NCBI GenBank assembly: GCA_963696535.1
Contig: CAVOKP010000015.1
Location: 46,525-110,524 of the forward strand
From: an uncultured Bacteroidales bacterium
GTDB taxonomy: Bacteria > Bacteroidota > Bacteroidia > Bacteroidales > VadinHA17
DNA length: 64,000 bases
Reading direction: 5' to 3'
Part shown: positions 50,366 to 60,395 of the stretch, one piece after another
How the letters are laid out: every line of letters starts with the position of its first letter
Position numbering within the stretch: position 1 is the stretch's first letter
The notes under the pieces: model-generated
Databases searched by the model: none
What the model was told of the DNA's origin: nothing
The model's input: the letters and a program-made list of their open reading frames with translations, nothing else
Made by a program: the position numbers and the translations under genes

Positions 50366-51781
50366 AATTTCATGGACAGTAAGTCCGAGTTCACGCCCTT
50401 TCTCCAGCATAAGTTTCCTGGCGGCTTTGTAATCATTAGGTATTATCCCATCCAGAATTGCTTCCCTTATCGCGTTCTTTATTATCCCTACTTCCTTTCC
50501 GGGTTTGATCATGAAAGTTTTTATTATTTCGCTTCCGTCGACAGGCGGTTTGAAATTCCTGACCGCATCCTTTTCCTCTATTTCCCGAAGTTTGGCTCTT
50601 ACCATTCTGAAGTTCTCAAGGTGCCTGGTCTTTGTAGCTTCGTTCCTGGAGGTAATGTCAGCCTCGCAAAGCATCATAAGGTCATCGGTGTCATCGCCTG
50701 CTTCGAACAGCAGCCTCCTGACAGCCGAATCGGTAACTACCTCCTGCGAAAGTGCGATTGGCCGCAGATGAAGGTCGACCAGCTTTTTAACATATTTCAT
50801 TCTTTCGTTCATTGGGAGCTTGAGCCTCCTGAAAATATCAGGTATCATTTTCCCCCCGATGAATTCGTGTCCATGGAACGACCATCCTGAATCATGATCG
50901 TATTTCTTTGTCACAGGTTTGGCAATATCATGTAAAAGTGCAGCCCAGCGGAGCCAAATATTTGTTGTATTCCTGCTTACATTGTCAAGGACTTTAACAG
51001 AATGGATAAAATTATCCTTATGTGCTTTCCCGTCTTTATTTTCAATCCCTTTAAGATTATCAAGCTCAGGGAAAATGATTTTCAGCAGACCAGACTTTTC
51101 AAGCAGGATAAATCCCCTGGACGGATTATCGCACATTATTATCTTGTTCAGTTCATCTGTTATTCTCTCCTGCGAAACGATTCTTATCCGCTCAGCATTG
51201 GCAGAGATTGAACTGAATGTCCTTTCCTCAATCGTGAAATTCAGCTGTACTGCGAACCTTATTCCTCTCATCATTCTCAGCGGATCATCGGAAAAAGTAC
51301 TATCAGGATCCATAGGAGTCCGGATGATTTTCTCATGAAGGTCATCTATCCCGTTAAACGGATCGAGCATCTCACCGAAGGTCTCCCTGTTCAGGCTGAC
51401 GGCGAGCGCATTAATCGTAAAATCCCTTCTTTTCTGATCATCCTCAAGTGTGCCGGTTTCCACTACCGGTTTCCTTGAACCCCGGTTATAGGATTCTTTT
51501 CTTGCTCCCACAAATTCAATTTCATAATCATTGTATCTGAACATTGCCGTACCGAAATTCTTAAAAACGGATACCTTTATCTCGGGTCCCATTTTTCGGG
51601 CAGCCTTTTTTGCAATGTCAATCCCGCTTCCAACTACAACTATATCAATATCCTTATCCGGATTATCCCTCTTTAGCAGATAATCTCTTACATAACCTCC
51701 GATAAGCCATGCCTTTACGTTTTCCGATGAAACGACATCGGAAAGAAGATCGAAAATCTTGTCATTTAGACATATATGCAT
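50342..51781 (-). CDS. cca: CCA tRNA nucleotidyltransferase with HD domain
   Basis: IGGYVRD, DIDIV, RRDFTINA, DDPLRMMR, LLHDIAKP. TAACTTTG box at 51815-51822 (minus strand). Confidence 0.9.
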   Translation of the reverse strand: MHICLNDKIFDLLSDVVSSENVKAWLIGGYVRDYLLKRDNPDKDIDIVVVGSGIDIAKKAARKMGPEIKVSVFKNFGTAMFRYNDYEIEFVGARKESYNRGSRKPVVETGTLEDDQKRRDFTINALAVSLNRETFGEMLDPFNGIDDLHEKIIRTPMDPDSTFSDDPLRMMRGIRFAVQLNFTIEERTFSSISANAERIRIVSQERITDELNKIIMCDNPSRGFILLEKSGLLKIIFPELDNLKGIENKDGKAHKDNFIHSVKVLDNVSRNTTNIWLRWAALLHDIAKPVTKKYDHDSGWSFHGHEFIGGKMIPDIFRRLKLPMNERMKYVKKLVDLHLRPIALSQEVVTDSAVRRLLFEAGDDTDDLMMLCEADITSRNEATKTRHLENFRMVRAKLREIEEKDAVRNFKPPVDGSEIIKTFMIKPGKEVGIIKNAIREAILDGIIPNDYKAARKLMLEKGRELGLTVHEISPETQIE

Positions 51782-51932
51782 ATGTAGATGTGACAATGTG
51801 TTAATTATTCATGACAAAGTTACAATTAATAACTATTTTTAAAACAAATGCAGTTCCGGTGATTTTCTGGTACAAAGATTGGTATTTGTATTAACTTGAA
51901 CTGCCAATGATTTTAATTTTAAATCAATTATT

Positions 51933-52292
51933 ATGTTAGAGCACTTGACAAAAGAGACTTTTCTCAGCAAGGTATTCAATTTTGAAACCAATAAGGAATG
52001 GAAATTTGAAGGTGACAAGCCATGTGTTATAGATTTTTATGCCGACTGGTGTGGTCCATGTAAAATGGTGGCCCCTATACTGGAGGAACTCGCAAAGGAT
52101 TTTGAAGGGAAGCTTGATATTTACAAGGTAAATACCGAAGATGAGCAGGAACTGGCTGCAGTTTTTGGAATCAGAAGCATTCCTTCAATACTTTTTGTTC
52201 CGGCAACCGGTCAGCCTCAGATGGCAATGGGTGCACTTCCAAAGGATACATTTATCAAGGCATTTAAGGATGTTCTTGGCGTGGAGAAATAA
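51933..52292 (+). CDS. trxA: Thioredoxin
   Basis: DFYADWCGPC, FGIRSIP. Confidence 0.95.
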   Translation: MLEHLTKETFLSKVFNFETNKEWKFEGDKPCVIDFYADWCGPCKMVAPILEELAKDFEGKLDIYKVNTEDEQELAAVFGIRSIPSILFVPATGQPQMAMGALPKDTFIKAFKDVLGVEK

Positions 52293-52373
52293 TATGTTAA
52301 TAAAAAAACTTCACTTTGTTAAAAAAAAAATAGGGAATGAATGAAACATTGCATATCTTTAATACGTTATAAG

Positions 52374-52478
52374 GACAAAAGGTAGTAACCGATTTGGTTA
52401 CATGAGTTTTTTTCATGGATTTAGGTTTAGGGTAGTAAAGTAAAAACCCGCAAAACGCCTGTTTTGCGGGTTTTTTAT
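52374..52478 (+). ncRNA. Candidate small RNA (ECF-type promoter, internal hairpin, intrinsic terminator); 5' end approximate
   Basis: TGAAAC-N17-CGTTAT at 52342-52370; hairpin GTAACC-GATTT-GGTTAC; no coding frame on the + strand; strong terminator at 52442-52476. Confidence 0.45.
52442..52476. terminator. Bidirectional intrinsic terminator (xseB end / + strand transcript)
   Basis: AAAAACCCGCAAAAC-GCCT-GTTTTGCGGGTTTTTT. Confidence 0.88.
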
Positions 52479-52672
52479 TCAAGGTCCTTAAGAATATTGT
52501 TTATATCCTCCTCAGTCGATTTCAGCTTCTTCTGGCACTGCTTTATAAGCTCTGAAGCCTTTTTGACCTCAACGGAGAGCCTGTCGACATCCATATTTCC
52601 ACTTTCAATTTCCTTTAAAATCTTTTCAATCTCATTTACCGCCTGATTGAACGAAAACTCCTTTTTTATCAT
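52475..52672 (-). CDS. xseB: Exodeoxyribonuclease VII small subunit
   Basis: SFNQAVNEIEKIL..IESG...L.KQCQKKL; directly after xseA. Confidence 0.9.
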   Translation of the reverse strand: MIKKEFSFNQAVNEIEKILKEIESGNMDVDRLSVEVKKASELIKQCQKKLKSTEEDINNILKDLE

Positions 52673-52682
52673 ATATTTTGAA

Positions 52683-53915
52683 TTATAATACTTTACTATT
52701 TATCGAACCATCACTGAACCTTGTATCAATAATATCATCCTTCTTAAGGATATTGCTTTCCTTAATGATTTTTCCATTGATCGATGTAATCGTAAAGCCT
52801 CTTTTCAATACGTTTGCCGGGTCAAGTATCTTCAGTGAGTTTTCAAATCCTGCAACCCTGTTGATTAAGAATCCCAGTGAGTTTTTTGAAAGGCTCGTCA
52901 GGATTTCCGTCTTCCGGATTATTGCATTATTGTTTAGCAATATCATGTTCCGAGAAACCGGGATAATCCTTAAACGTGCAGTTTCAATCCGGCTTTTGCC
53001 CTCTTCGATCATATGTCTGGATCTGTAGGCTATTTCACTTCCCAGGTCCGTCAGATGATTTTCTGCACTTATCATGCATTCGATAAGGAAATCGGCCACC
53101 GCAGTTGGTGTTTTCAATGATCTGTGAGCAACAATATCAGTTACAGAAAGATCCTTGTCATGCCCGATGCCTGTAATTACCGGCAATGGGAACTGAGTTA
53201 CATAAAAAGCTACATTGTAATTATCGAACCAGCTTAAATCGGTTTGCGAGCCTCCTCCCCTTATTATTACGGCAAGATCGAATTCACCGGAATGAATTGA
53301 TATTTTTTCCAGTGCTTTTATTATGCCGTTTTCCAGTTCCTTCCCCTGCATCGGTGTCTCAAACAGCGACGTATAAAAAACATAACCAAAACCATTGCCT
53401 TTCAGATGGTTCATGAAATCGGTATAACCGGCAGCACTGGCAGATGAGATTACTGCAATTCTCTGGGGTAGAGTCGGGAATTCAATGTCCCTGTTCATTG
53501 TAATCACGCCTTCCTCCCCGAGCCTTTTAAGGATCTGCTGACGCTTCAGCGCCACCTCGCCGATAGTGAATGCCGGATCAATATCATTTACCACCAGGCT
53601 CAATCCATAGATCTCATGATATTCGATTTTTACCCGGATAAGTACCTTGAGTCCCTCCCGCAGAGATTCTCCTGCCGAGTTCTCAAAAAATGATTTGATG
53701 AACCTGTAACGGCTGTTCCATATTACAGCTCTTACCCGCGATCTAATGATGACCTCATCAGGGTGCTTCTCAACAAGCTCAAGATAGCAATGGCCGTTGT
53801 AGTTCTCCTTTATCTCCGATATTTCGGCTGTTACCCAATACAAATCGGGCAATGCCAGATAAAGTGAATCCTTTATGACCAGCTGCAATTCTGTTAGCGA
53901 AAGTTTTTCTTTCAT
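52683..53915 (-). CDS. xseA: Exodeoxyribonuclease VII large subunit
   Basis: WVTAEISE, GHCYLEL, RIAVISS, IIRGGGS, ITGIGHDKD, TPTAVA, LKRGF. Confidence 0.95.
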   Translation of the reverse strand: MKEKLSLTELQLVIKDSLYLALPDLYWVTAEISEIKENYNGHCYLELVEKHPDEVIIRSRVRAVIWNSRYRFIKSFFENSAGESLREGLKVLIRVKIEYHEIYGLSLVVNDIDPAFTIGEVALKRQQILKRLGEEGVITMNRDIEFPTLPQRIAVISSASAAGYTDFMNHLKGNGFGYVFYTSLFETPMQGKELENGIIKALEKISIHSGEFDLAVIIRGGGSQTDLSWFDNYNVAFYVTQFPLPVITGIGHDKDLSVTDIVAHRSLKTPTAVADFLIECMISAENHLTDLGSEIAYRSRHMIEEGKSRIETARLRIIPVSRNMILLNNNAIIRKTEILTSLSKNSLGFLINRVAGFENSLKILDPANVLKRGFTITSINGKIIKESNILKKDDIIDTRFSDGSINSKVL

Positions 53916-55582
53916 AAACGATTATTGACCCTGACAACCTTATGAGTAAAAGTACCGGAAGGAGTTATTAGCCTTACAAAATAAAAACCCTCACTTAGAT
54001 CGGGCAGATCATCAACGATCAGAATCCGGCTGATAAAATCCTGATAATCTCTTTTCATTACGAGTTTCCCGCTCAGATCATAAATTTCAATCTTTAGTTT
54101 TTCCGGGATCTCAATGAACGTAATTCTGAGTTCGTTATCGAATGGATTCGGGCTTGCAATGGTTGCTTCCCCGGGTACAGGAATATATTTATCCTGCAAA
54201 TGATTTATGATTTCTTCAATATCAGGAATTCCGTAGCCATATAATGAGTCGGGTGTGAGAGACCTGTCTGAGCTGGAGTGGAGGGCTGATATTATTTCAA
54301 AGTTATCAGCCTGGGGCACTGCCTGTAAAATACATGCGCACATCCCGCTGATTACAGGGCATGAAAAGGAGGTCCCGCTCGACCTGCCGACTCCGGAGGC
54401 CAGAACCTGCACAGGCACGCTGACTCCCAGGGATACAACATCAGGTTTTACCCTGCCATCGGATGATGGACCCGAAGACGAGAATGCAGAAATGGTTTCA
54501 AATCCATCGACTGCACCTACGGCCAGCACCGAGTCTCCGTCGGAAGGGGCAATTATGCGGATCCACGTTTTATTCCTTTCATTGCCTGCGCTGTTTATTA
54601 CGAGGATGCCCCTGGAAGCTGCAATATCTGCTGCAAGGGTGATGAAAGTGCTGTTCCCGTCAAGATCTGAAAACTTGTAATCCATTAGTGGATCATCAAA
54701 TGTTGAATATCCGAGGGATGAGGATATAATGTCTGCTCCGATGCTGTCGGCAAATTCAGCCGCAGCTGTCCAGAAATCCTCTTCAACAGGAAACTCAGAT
54801 TCTGTATCCTCACTTCTGAGAAGCCAGTAATCGGCTGCGGTTGCAGTGCCTTCAATAGATTCCGGAATTGATCCTGCCAGCACCGACATAACAGCAGTAC
54901 CATGGTTATGGAAATCATAAACAAATGGTTTATTCTTCACGAAATCAAATGTTCCTTTAATCCCGTTGCGTCGTCTCAGTCCGTCGAGAGATGGAATATT
55001 ATCAGCATTCAGGAAACCTCCGTCGAGAACTGCGATCAGGACTCCCTTACCTGTCAGTCCGGAATTGTGGACTGTCAAACCATTTAGCATTATAAGCGGC
55101 AAATTGAATGGCGGAAAGTCCTCCTGAATCAATTTGAAGCTGAGTTTGTCAATAGTCTGGTTTTTCCCTCCGTCATTTTTCACGATTTTTACGTCACTTA
55201 CAAAAGGCAGGCTGGTAAGGTGGCTTATATCGGCTGTAGTCCCGGTTTTAAAAAGCGCCGTATTCATCCACCGCGAGGTGCAGTGAAGCTTGAAATCAAG
55301 GGATGAAATCTGGTCAAGATACCCTTTCCAGACAGGGATGTCTCTGAAATCCGGAACTGGAATCCCTGATTTTTCACGTCTCCGGACAGCTTTCTCCGAA
55401 AGGAGGTCGGTGGGAGAAAAATCACCGGCATCAACAGCCCCCTTGTCCCTGAAATAAACCCTGTAGAAATAATTGTATGTCCCGTCCTGACAATCTGCTG
55501 AGCCAAACGAATTTATCAGGGAAAGGACAAATATGATAATTCCGGTTTTAAGACTGGCAGGATTAAACGGTACTTTTACCAT
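53912..55582 (-). CDS. S8 subtilisin-like serine peptidase with T9SS type A CTD
   Basis: Catalytic triad IAVLDGG, HGTAV, GTSFSCP; NSAGN; CTD SPNPF...IYDLSGK...G.YFV...K. Confidence 0.92.
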   Translation of the reverse strand: MVKVPFNPASLKTGIIIFVLSLINSFGSADCQDGTYNYFYRVYFRDKGAVDAGDFSPTDLLSEKAVRRREKSGIPVPDFRDIPVWKGYLDQISSLDFKLHCTSRWMNTALFKTGTTADISHLTSLPFVSDVKIVKNDGGKNQTIDKLSFKLIQEDFPPFNLPLIMLNGLTVHNSGLTGKGVLIAVLDGGFLNADNIPSLDGLRRRNGIKGTFDFVKNKPFVYDFHNHGTAVMSVLAGSIPESIEGTATAADYWLLRSEDTESEFPVEEDFWTAAAEFADSIGADIISSSLGYSTFDDPLMDYKFSDLDGNSTFITLAADIAASRGILVINSAGNERNKTWIRIIAPSDGDSVLAVGAVDGFETISAFSSSGPSSDGRVKPDVVSLGVSVPVQVLASGVGRSSGTSFSCPVISGMCACILQAVPQADNFEIISALHSSSDRSLTPDSLYGYGIPDIEEIINHLQDKYIPVPGEATIASPNPFDNELRITFIEIPEKLKIEIYDLSGKLVMKRDYQDFISRILIVDDLPDLSEGFYFVRLITPSGTFTHKVVRVNNRL

Positions 55583-56364
55583 ATTTCACCCGTTTTTTCA
55601 GGATCAGCAATGTTGATTTTGTTCCTCTCCAGCGAGTCTATATATTCAGATTCATAAATATCGATATTGCGGTTGTCGGGGACACCGGCTGTATATTCGG
55701 TCCTGAATCTCTGGTTTCCGTTTTTGGTATAAATGAGCCACAAACCTTCTCTCAGGTTGTCTTTGTATTGTCCGAATATTTCAGGCTTGCCGTTCTCGAA
55801 AAAGGCTTCGAACTTTCCGTTCAGATTCCCATTTGTATAATTCGTTCTGAGGGTTAGTGTTCCGTCAGGATAATATTTCAGGCATTCGCCGTGTTTCAGG
55901 TCATTCCTGTACCAGAGTTTTTCAGCCGGCTTGCCGTCAGGATAATAATTCACCAGCAATCCGTTCCTTTTGTTCCCTGAATATTCCGCCTCGCTTATCA
56001 GAAGATCTTTTTCAGTATAGGAGAAGAAACGCCATTTACCTTCCTTAAGCTGGTTTACATATTTACCGGTTGAAGCGACAATACCGTTAGTGTAATAAAG
56101 GGTTGCCATTGCTTCATTACCGTCACTGTTGAAAATCAGAACCGATTTAATTGCATTGTTCTCGTAATACCTTTTGAATTCACCTGCCGGCTTGTCATTG
56201 GCAAAATATCCGTCGTACATTATATTACCATTCGGATAATTCTTGATCCAGTGACCTTGTTTCCTTCCGTCCTTGTCAGTCTGGTTAATAGTCTGACCTG
56301 ACTGGGATACGCATGGCAAATAGAATACAAGATTAATACATACAGCTAAAATTCTAAGGGTCAT
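55576..56364 (-). CDS. MORN-variant repeat (YwqK-like) secreted protein
   Basis: Signal peptide; INQTDKDGRKQG.W; repeated YY.NG/DG...G.Y.N...G.W units. Confidence 0.82.
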   Translation of the reverse strand: MTLRILAVCINLVFYLPCVSQSGQTINQTDKDGRKQGHWIKNYPNGNIMYDGYFANDKPAGEFKRYYENNAIKSVLIFNSDGNEAMATLYYTNGIVASTGKYVNQLKEGKWRFFSYTEKDLLISEAEYSGNKRNGLLVNYYPDGKPAEKLWYRNDLKHGECLKYYPDGTLTLRTNYTNGNLNGKFEAFFENGKPEIFGQYKDNLREGLWLIYTKNGNQRFRTEYTAGVPDNRNIDIYESEYIDSLERNKINIADPEKTGEIW

Positions 56365-56455
56365 GAATTATGGGCAATAAATATTATGCAAAAGTACAAA
56401 AATATGAGTTACCACAGGTATAAGATGAAAAGTCAGGAGTTATACTACTTGGGAA

Positions 56456-56523
56456 ATCTGCGCAGATCAGCGAAGCGGGGGAATGGATTTATTCTCCCGC
56501 AGATTACGCTGATTTTCGCAGAT
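56456..56523. repeat. Imperfect long hairpin / REP-like element downstream of dnaK
   Basis: ATCTGCG..ATCAGCG..GCGGGGGAAT pairs with ATTCTCCCGC..CGCTGAT..CGCAGAT; CGCAGAT occurs three times on the + strand. Confidence 0.55.
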
Positions 56524-56600
56524 AATAATATCAGGTCGAAAATAAGAATAGAGGATGAAATTGTTTCACCCTCTCTTTGAAAGAATTCTATTAGTACTGG

Positions 56601-58517
56601 TTATTTGACCTCTTCAAAATCAACGTCAGTAACCTCATCATTTCCCTGCTGGGATTTTCCACTGCCAGGTTGTTCCGGTCCCGGCTGTGATGCCGTTGGA
56701 CCCGCATTCTGATTCTGGGCTGTCTTGTACATCTCTTCTGATGCGACCTGCCACACTACGTTTAGTTCGGCAAGGGCTTTGTCAATTGCGGCAACATCCT
56801 GGGATTTATGAGCATCCTTAAGTTTTGAAAGTGCGGTTTCAATTCCGGCTTTCTTGTCTGCAGGTATTTTGTCGCCAAATTCCCGGAGCTGTTTTTCCGT
56901 TGAGAAGATCATGCTGTCGGCGCTGTTTATCTTGTCGACTTTTTCTCTGGCCCTCAGGTCGGACTCGGCATTGGCTTTGGCTTCATCCCTCATCCTTCTT
57001 ATTTCGTCATCGCTAAGTCCTGATGATGCCTCGATCCTTATTCTCTGCTCTTTTCCCGTTCCCCTGTCCTTGGCGGTGACATGCAGTATTCCGTTTGCAT
57101 CTATATCGAAGGTAACCTCGATCTGTGGCACTCCCCTTGGGGCTGGCGGTATGCCGTCGAGATGGAACCGGCCGATGGTCTTATTCCCGGTCGCCATAGG
57201 TCTTTCTCCCTGCAGGACGTGGATCTCAACCGATGGCTGGCTGTCGGCCGCAGTTGTGAAAACCTCTGCCTTCTTTGTCGGAATTGTAGTATTCGATTCA
57301 ATGAGTTTTGTCATAACACCACCCATGGTCTCTATGCCGAGTGAAAGGGGAGTGACGTCCAGAAGCAAAACATCCTTGACCTCTCCTGTAAGAACACCTC
57401 CCTGAATTGCGGCACCAACTGCCACAACCTCATCAGGATTCACTCCTTTTGACGGGGTCTTCCCGAAGAATTTCTCAACAAGCTGCTGTATGGCAGGAAT
57501 ACGGGTTGATCCTCCAACCAGAAGAACTTCATCGATTTCGGATGATTTAAGTCCTGAATCATCCAAAGCTTTCCGGCATGGTTCAACACAAGCCTGGATC
57601 AGCTTATCACAAAGTTTCTCAAATTGTGAGCGGGTAAGGGTTTTAACAAGGTGTTTTGGAATACCATCAACCGGCATTATATATGGAAGATTTATTTCAG
57701 TTGTTGTCGCACTTGAAAGTTCGATCTTTGCCTTTTCAGATGCTTCCTTAAGTCTCTGAAGCGCCATCGGGTCCTTCCTGAGATCGACGCCTTCATCACT
57801 CTTGAATTCTTCGGCAAGCCAGTCAATTATCATCTGGTCGAAATCATCGCCTCCGAGATGGGTATCTCCGTTTGTTGATTTCACTTCAAAAACACCGTCA
57901 CCCAGTTCAAGTATTGAGATATCAAAAGTACCGCCGCCAAGATCGAAAACCGCGATCTTGAGATCCTGAGACTTTTTATCCAATCCATAGGCAAGAGCTG
58001 CTGCGGTTGGTTCATTGATGATTCTTTTGACATTAAGACCGGCAATTTCTCCGGCTTCCTTAGTCGCCTGTCGCTGGGAATCACTGAAGTATGCAGGAAC
58101 GGTAATCACTGCATCTGTAACTTCCTGGCCGAGATAATCTTCAGCTGTCTTCTTCATTTTCTGAAGAATCATTGCGGAAATCTCCTGAGGCGAATATAAC
58201 CTGTTTTCGATTTTTACCCTTGGAGTATTGTTGTCACCTTTTACGACGGTGAATGTAACCCGTTTGATCTCGGTATTTACCTTGTCGAACGTCTCCCCCA
58301 TGAACCGCTTTATTGAATAAACAGTCTTCTGGGAATTGGTAATAGCCTGACGCTTTGCAGGATCACCCACTTTGCGTTCTCCATTCTCAACAAATGCAAC
58401 AATTGAAGGAGTGGTCCTTTTTCCTTCACTGTTAGGGATAACCACAGGTTCATTCCCTTCCATTACTGCGACGCATGAGTTCGTGGTTCCCAGGTCGATT
58501 CCTATTATTTTTCCCAT
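56601..58517 (-). CDS. dnaK: Molecular chaperone DnaK (Hsp70)
   Basis: [39 protein letters not shown]-terminal DVDFEEVK. Confidence 0.99.
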   Translation of the reverse strand: MGKIIGIDLGTTNSCVAVMEGNEPVVIPNSEGKRTTPSIVAFVENGERKVGDPAKRQAITNSQKTVYSIKRFMGETFDKVNTEIKRVTFTVVKGDNNTPRVKIENRLYSPQEISAMILQKMKKTAEDYLGQEVTDAVITVPAYFSDSQRQATKEAGEIAGLNVKRIINEPTAAALAYGLDKKSQDLKIAVFDLGGGTFDISILELGDGVFEVKSTNGDTHLGGDDFDQMIIDWLAEEFKSDEGVDLRKDPMALQRLKEASEKAKIELSSATTTEINLPYIMPVDGIPKHLVKTLTRSQFEKLCDKLIQACVEPCRKALDDSGLKSSEIDEVLLVGGSTRIPAIQQLVEKFFGKTPSKGVNPDEVVAVGAAIQGGVLTGEVKDVLLLDVTPLSLGIETMGGVMTKLIESNTTIPTKKAEVFTTAADSQPSVEIHVLQGERPMATGNKTIGRFHLDGIPPAPRGVPQIEVTFDIDANGILHVTAKDRGTGKEQRIRIEASSGLSDDEIRRMRDEAKANAESDLRAREKVDKINSADSMIFSTEKQLREFGDKIPADKKAGIETALSKLKDAHKSQDVAAIDKALAELNVVWQVASEEMYKTAQNQNAGPTASQPGPEQPGSGKSQQGNDEVTDVDFEEVK

Positions 58518-58557
58518 TTTATGTTTTTTATGATTTTTCAGTTAATGATCTTCAAAC

Positions 58558-58573
58558 TGCAATGATTATGCCA
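58558..58573 (-). promoter_or_regulatory. Sigma54-type (-24/-12) promoter upstream of dnaK
   Basis: Minus strand reads TGGCA-TAATCA-TTGCA, matching the TGGCA-N6-TTGCW spacing, 41 nt upstream of the ATG. Confidence 0.65.
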
Positions 58574-58741
58574 TAGCCTTAACTGGCCCTTTTTATGAAA
58601 ATTTGGCATTACTTGTTTCCGGCTTGCTGTTTAACGTGACAAAAAGGCATGAATGCCTGCCGGCAGCTGTCAGGGCAAAAAGAACATTAGAGTACCCAAT
58701 ATACTCCGGTACAAATTCGTAGCTTTGTCACCAGGATTAAT

Positions 58742-59566
58742 ATGTTAACTATGCAGGTGTCCAAAACTGTCAGGAGAGTGACCACTCATGTCCTGAATGA
58801 AATGAAACTTAAAGGCGAAAAGATTGCCATGCTTACCGCATATGATTATTCCATGGCAAGAATAGTCGATGAAGCGGAGATTGATGTAATCCTTGTGGGT
58901 GATTCAGCCTCCAATGTTATGGCCGGGTACGATACCACGCTTCCCATTACGCTCGATAACATGATATACCATGCCGCTTCAGTGGTAAGAGGTGTCAGGA
59001 GGGCGCTTGTGGTTGTCGACCTGCCTTTCGGAACATATCAGGGCAATTCAAAGGAGGCATTGGTTTCGGCAATCCGGATAATGAAGGAGACCGGGGCAGC
59101 TGCAGTGAAACTGGAGGGCGGCCAGCAGGTTGCCGAATCGATTGAGAGGATTCTTACTGCAGGGATACCGGTTATGGGCCATCTGGGACTGACGCCCCAG
59201 TCGATCCATAAATTCGGCACCTATGTGGTCAGGGCAAGGGAAGAGGAAGAAGCCAGAAGATTGATGGAAGATGCAAGGATTCTTGAAAAGACAGGTTGTT
59301 TTGCCATTGTTCTTGAAAAGATCCCTGCCAGGCTCGCCGAAGAGGTTACTTCAGCCCTGAAGATACCCGTAATAGGAATTGGGGCCGGCCCTAAAACTGA
59401 CGGTCAGGTTCTTGTCCTTCATGATATGCTGGGAATCACACAGGAATTCTCCCCGCGATTTCTGAGGAGGTACCATAATCTTTATGATGAAATCAAGGGA
59501 GCCGTGCAGACATACATAAGTGATGTCAGGTCCCAGTCGTTCCCAAACGACAAGGAACAATATTAA
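58742..59566 (+). CDS. panB: 3-methyl-2-oxobutanoate hydroxymethyltransferase
   Basis: [50 protein letters not shown] box at 58720-58727. Confidence 0.97.
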   Translation: MLTMQVSKTVRRVTTHVLNEMKLKGEKIAMLTAYDYSMARIVDEAEIDVILVGDSASNVMAGYDTTLPITLDNMIYHAASVVRGVRRALVVVDLPFGTYQGNSKEALVSAIRIMKETGAAAVKLEGGQQVAESIERILTAGIPVMGHLGLTPQSIHKFGTYVVRAREEEEARRLMEDARILEKTGCFAIVLEKIPARLAEEVTSALKIPVIGIGAGPKTDGQVLVLHDMLGITQEFSPRFLRRYHNLYDEIKGAVQTYISDVRSQSFPNDKEQY

Positions 59567-59576
59567 TTATACTCTG

Positions 59577-60257
59577 ATGGTTGAAGTTTTGTACGAGGAT
59601 AATCACCTTATTGCAGTTTATAAGAAACCATCTGATCTGTCTCAAAGTGACAGGACCGGTGATTCTGCAATTGATTCCGAGGTGAAAAAATACATCGCCG
59701 AAAAATATAAGAAACCGGGTGAGGTTTTCCTGGGAGTCGTCCACAGGCTCGACCGTCCGGTTGGAGGAGTAATGCTTTTTGCCCGGACATCCAAGGCGCT
59801 GCAGCGGATGAATGAAATTTTCCGCACACGTGATGTCAGAAAAACATATCTTGCCATTGTAGGTGAAAGACCTCCTGAAGATGAAGCTGTCGTGACTCAT
59901 TATCTTAAAAAGAATGAGAAGCAGAATAAGACATATGTTTATGATACTGAGGTGAAAGGATCAAAGGAGGCAAGCCTTTCCTACAGGCTGGCAGGCAGAT
60001 CTGAACGTTTCTTCCTTCTCGAAATAGACCTTCATTCCGGAAGGCACCACCAGATAAGGGCCCAGCTGTCAAAGATCGGCTGCCCCATTAAAGGCGACCT
60101 GAAATATGGTTTCCCGCGGTCAAACGAGGACGGAAGCATATGCCTCTTTGCCAGACGGCTTGAATTCACTCATCCGGTCAAAAAGGAGAAAGTTACAATA
60201 ACTGCTCATTTTCCCAGGGGAGACGTGTGGAAGCTATTCCTGAATGTCGGGGTGTAA
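59577..60257 (+). CDS. RluA family pseudouridine synthase
   Basis: VLYEDNH, HRLDRPVGG, GRHHQIRAQL, GDLKYG. Start MVEVLY at 59577. Confidence 0.93.
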   Translation: MVEVLYEDNHLIAVYKKPSDLSQSDRTGDSAIDSEVKKYIAEKYKKPGEVFLGVVHRLDRPVGGVMLFARTSKALQRMNEIFRTRDVRKTYLAIVGERPPEDEAVVTHYLKKNEKQNKTYVYDTEVKGSKEASLSYRLAGRSERFFLLEIDLHSGRHHQIRAQLSKIGCPIKGDLKYGFPRSNEDGSICLFARRLEFTHPVKKEKVTITAHFPRGDVWKLFLNVGV

Positions 60258-60318
60258 AAATAAAATGATCCGGAACTTCCGGACTCCCTCAACAGTACTC
60301 TTCCCGGATTCAAACCGA

Positions 60319-60391
60319 GTTAAAATCAGGTTAATAAGAGTTAAGGAAAAGTTAAATCCTGTTCATCAAACAGTGTAATAACTTAAATTTG
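60319..60391 (+). promoter_or_regulatory. Four phased GTTAA direct repeats plus TAAATTTG -7 box upstream of the two-component operon
   Basis: GTTAA at 60319, 60330, 60340 and 60351; TAAATTTG at 60384-60391. Confidence 0.6.
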
Positions 60392-60395
60392 CGCC

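Noticed and set aside
51868-51883. Sigma54-like site TGGTA-N6-TTGGT upstream of trxA
   Set aside because: Mismatches at both conserved boxes; too weak to call without TSS data.
52297-52482. 61-aa minus-strand ORF between trxA and xseB
   Set aside because: Starts inside the xseB terminator and runs through poly-T DNA; better explained as the antisense of a + strand sRNA, though a short MKKTHV peptide is not excluded.
55576-56364. Toxin-antitoxin system suggested by the YwqK-like label
   Set aside because: The protein has a signal peptide and generic MORN-variant repeats, and there is no adjacent toxin gene.
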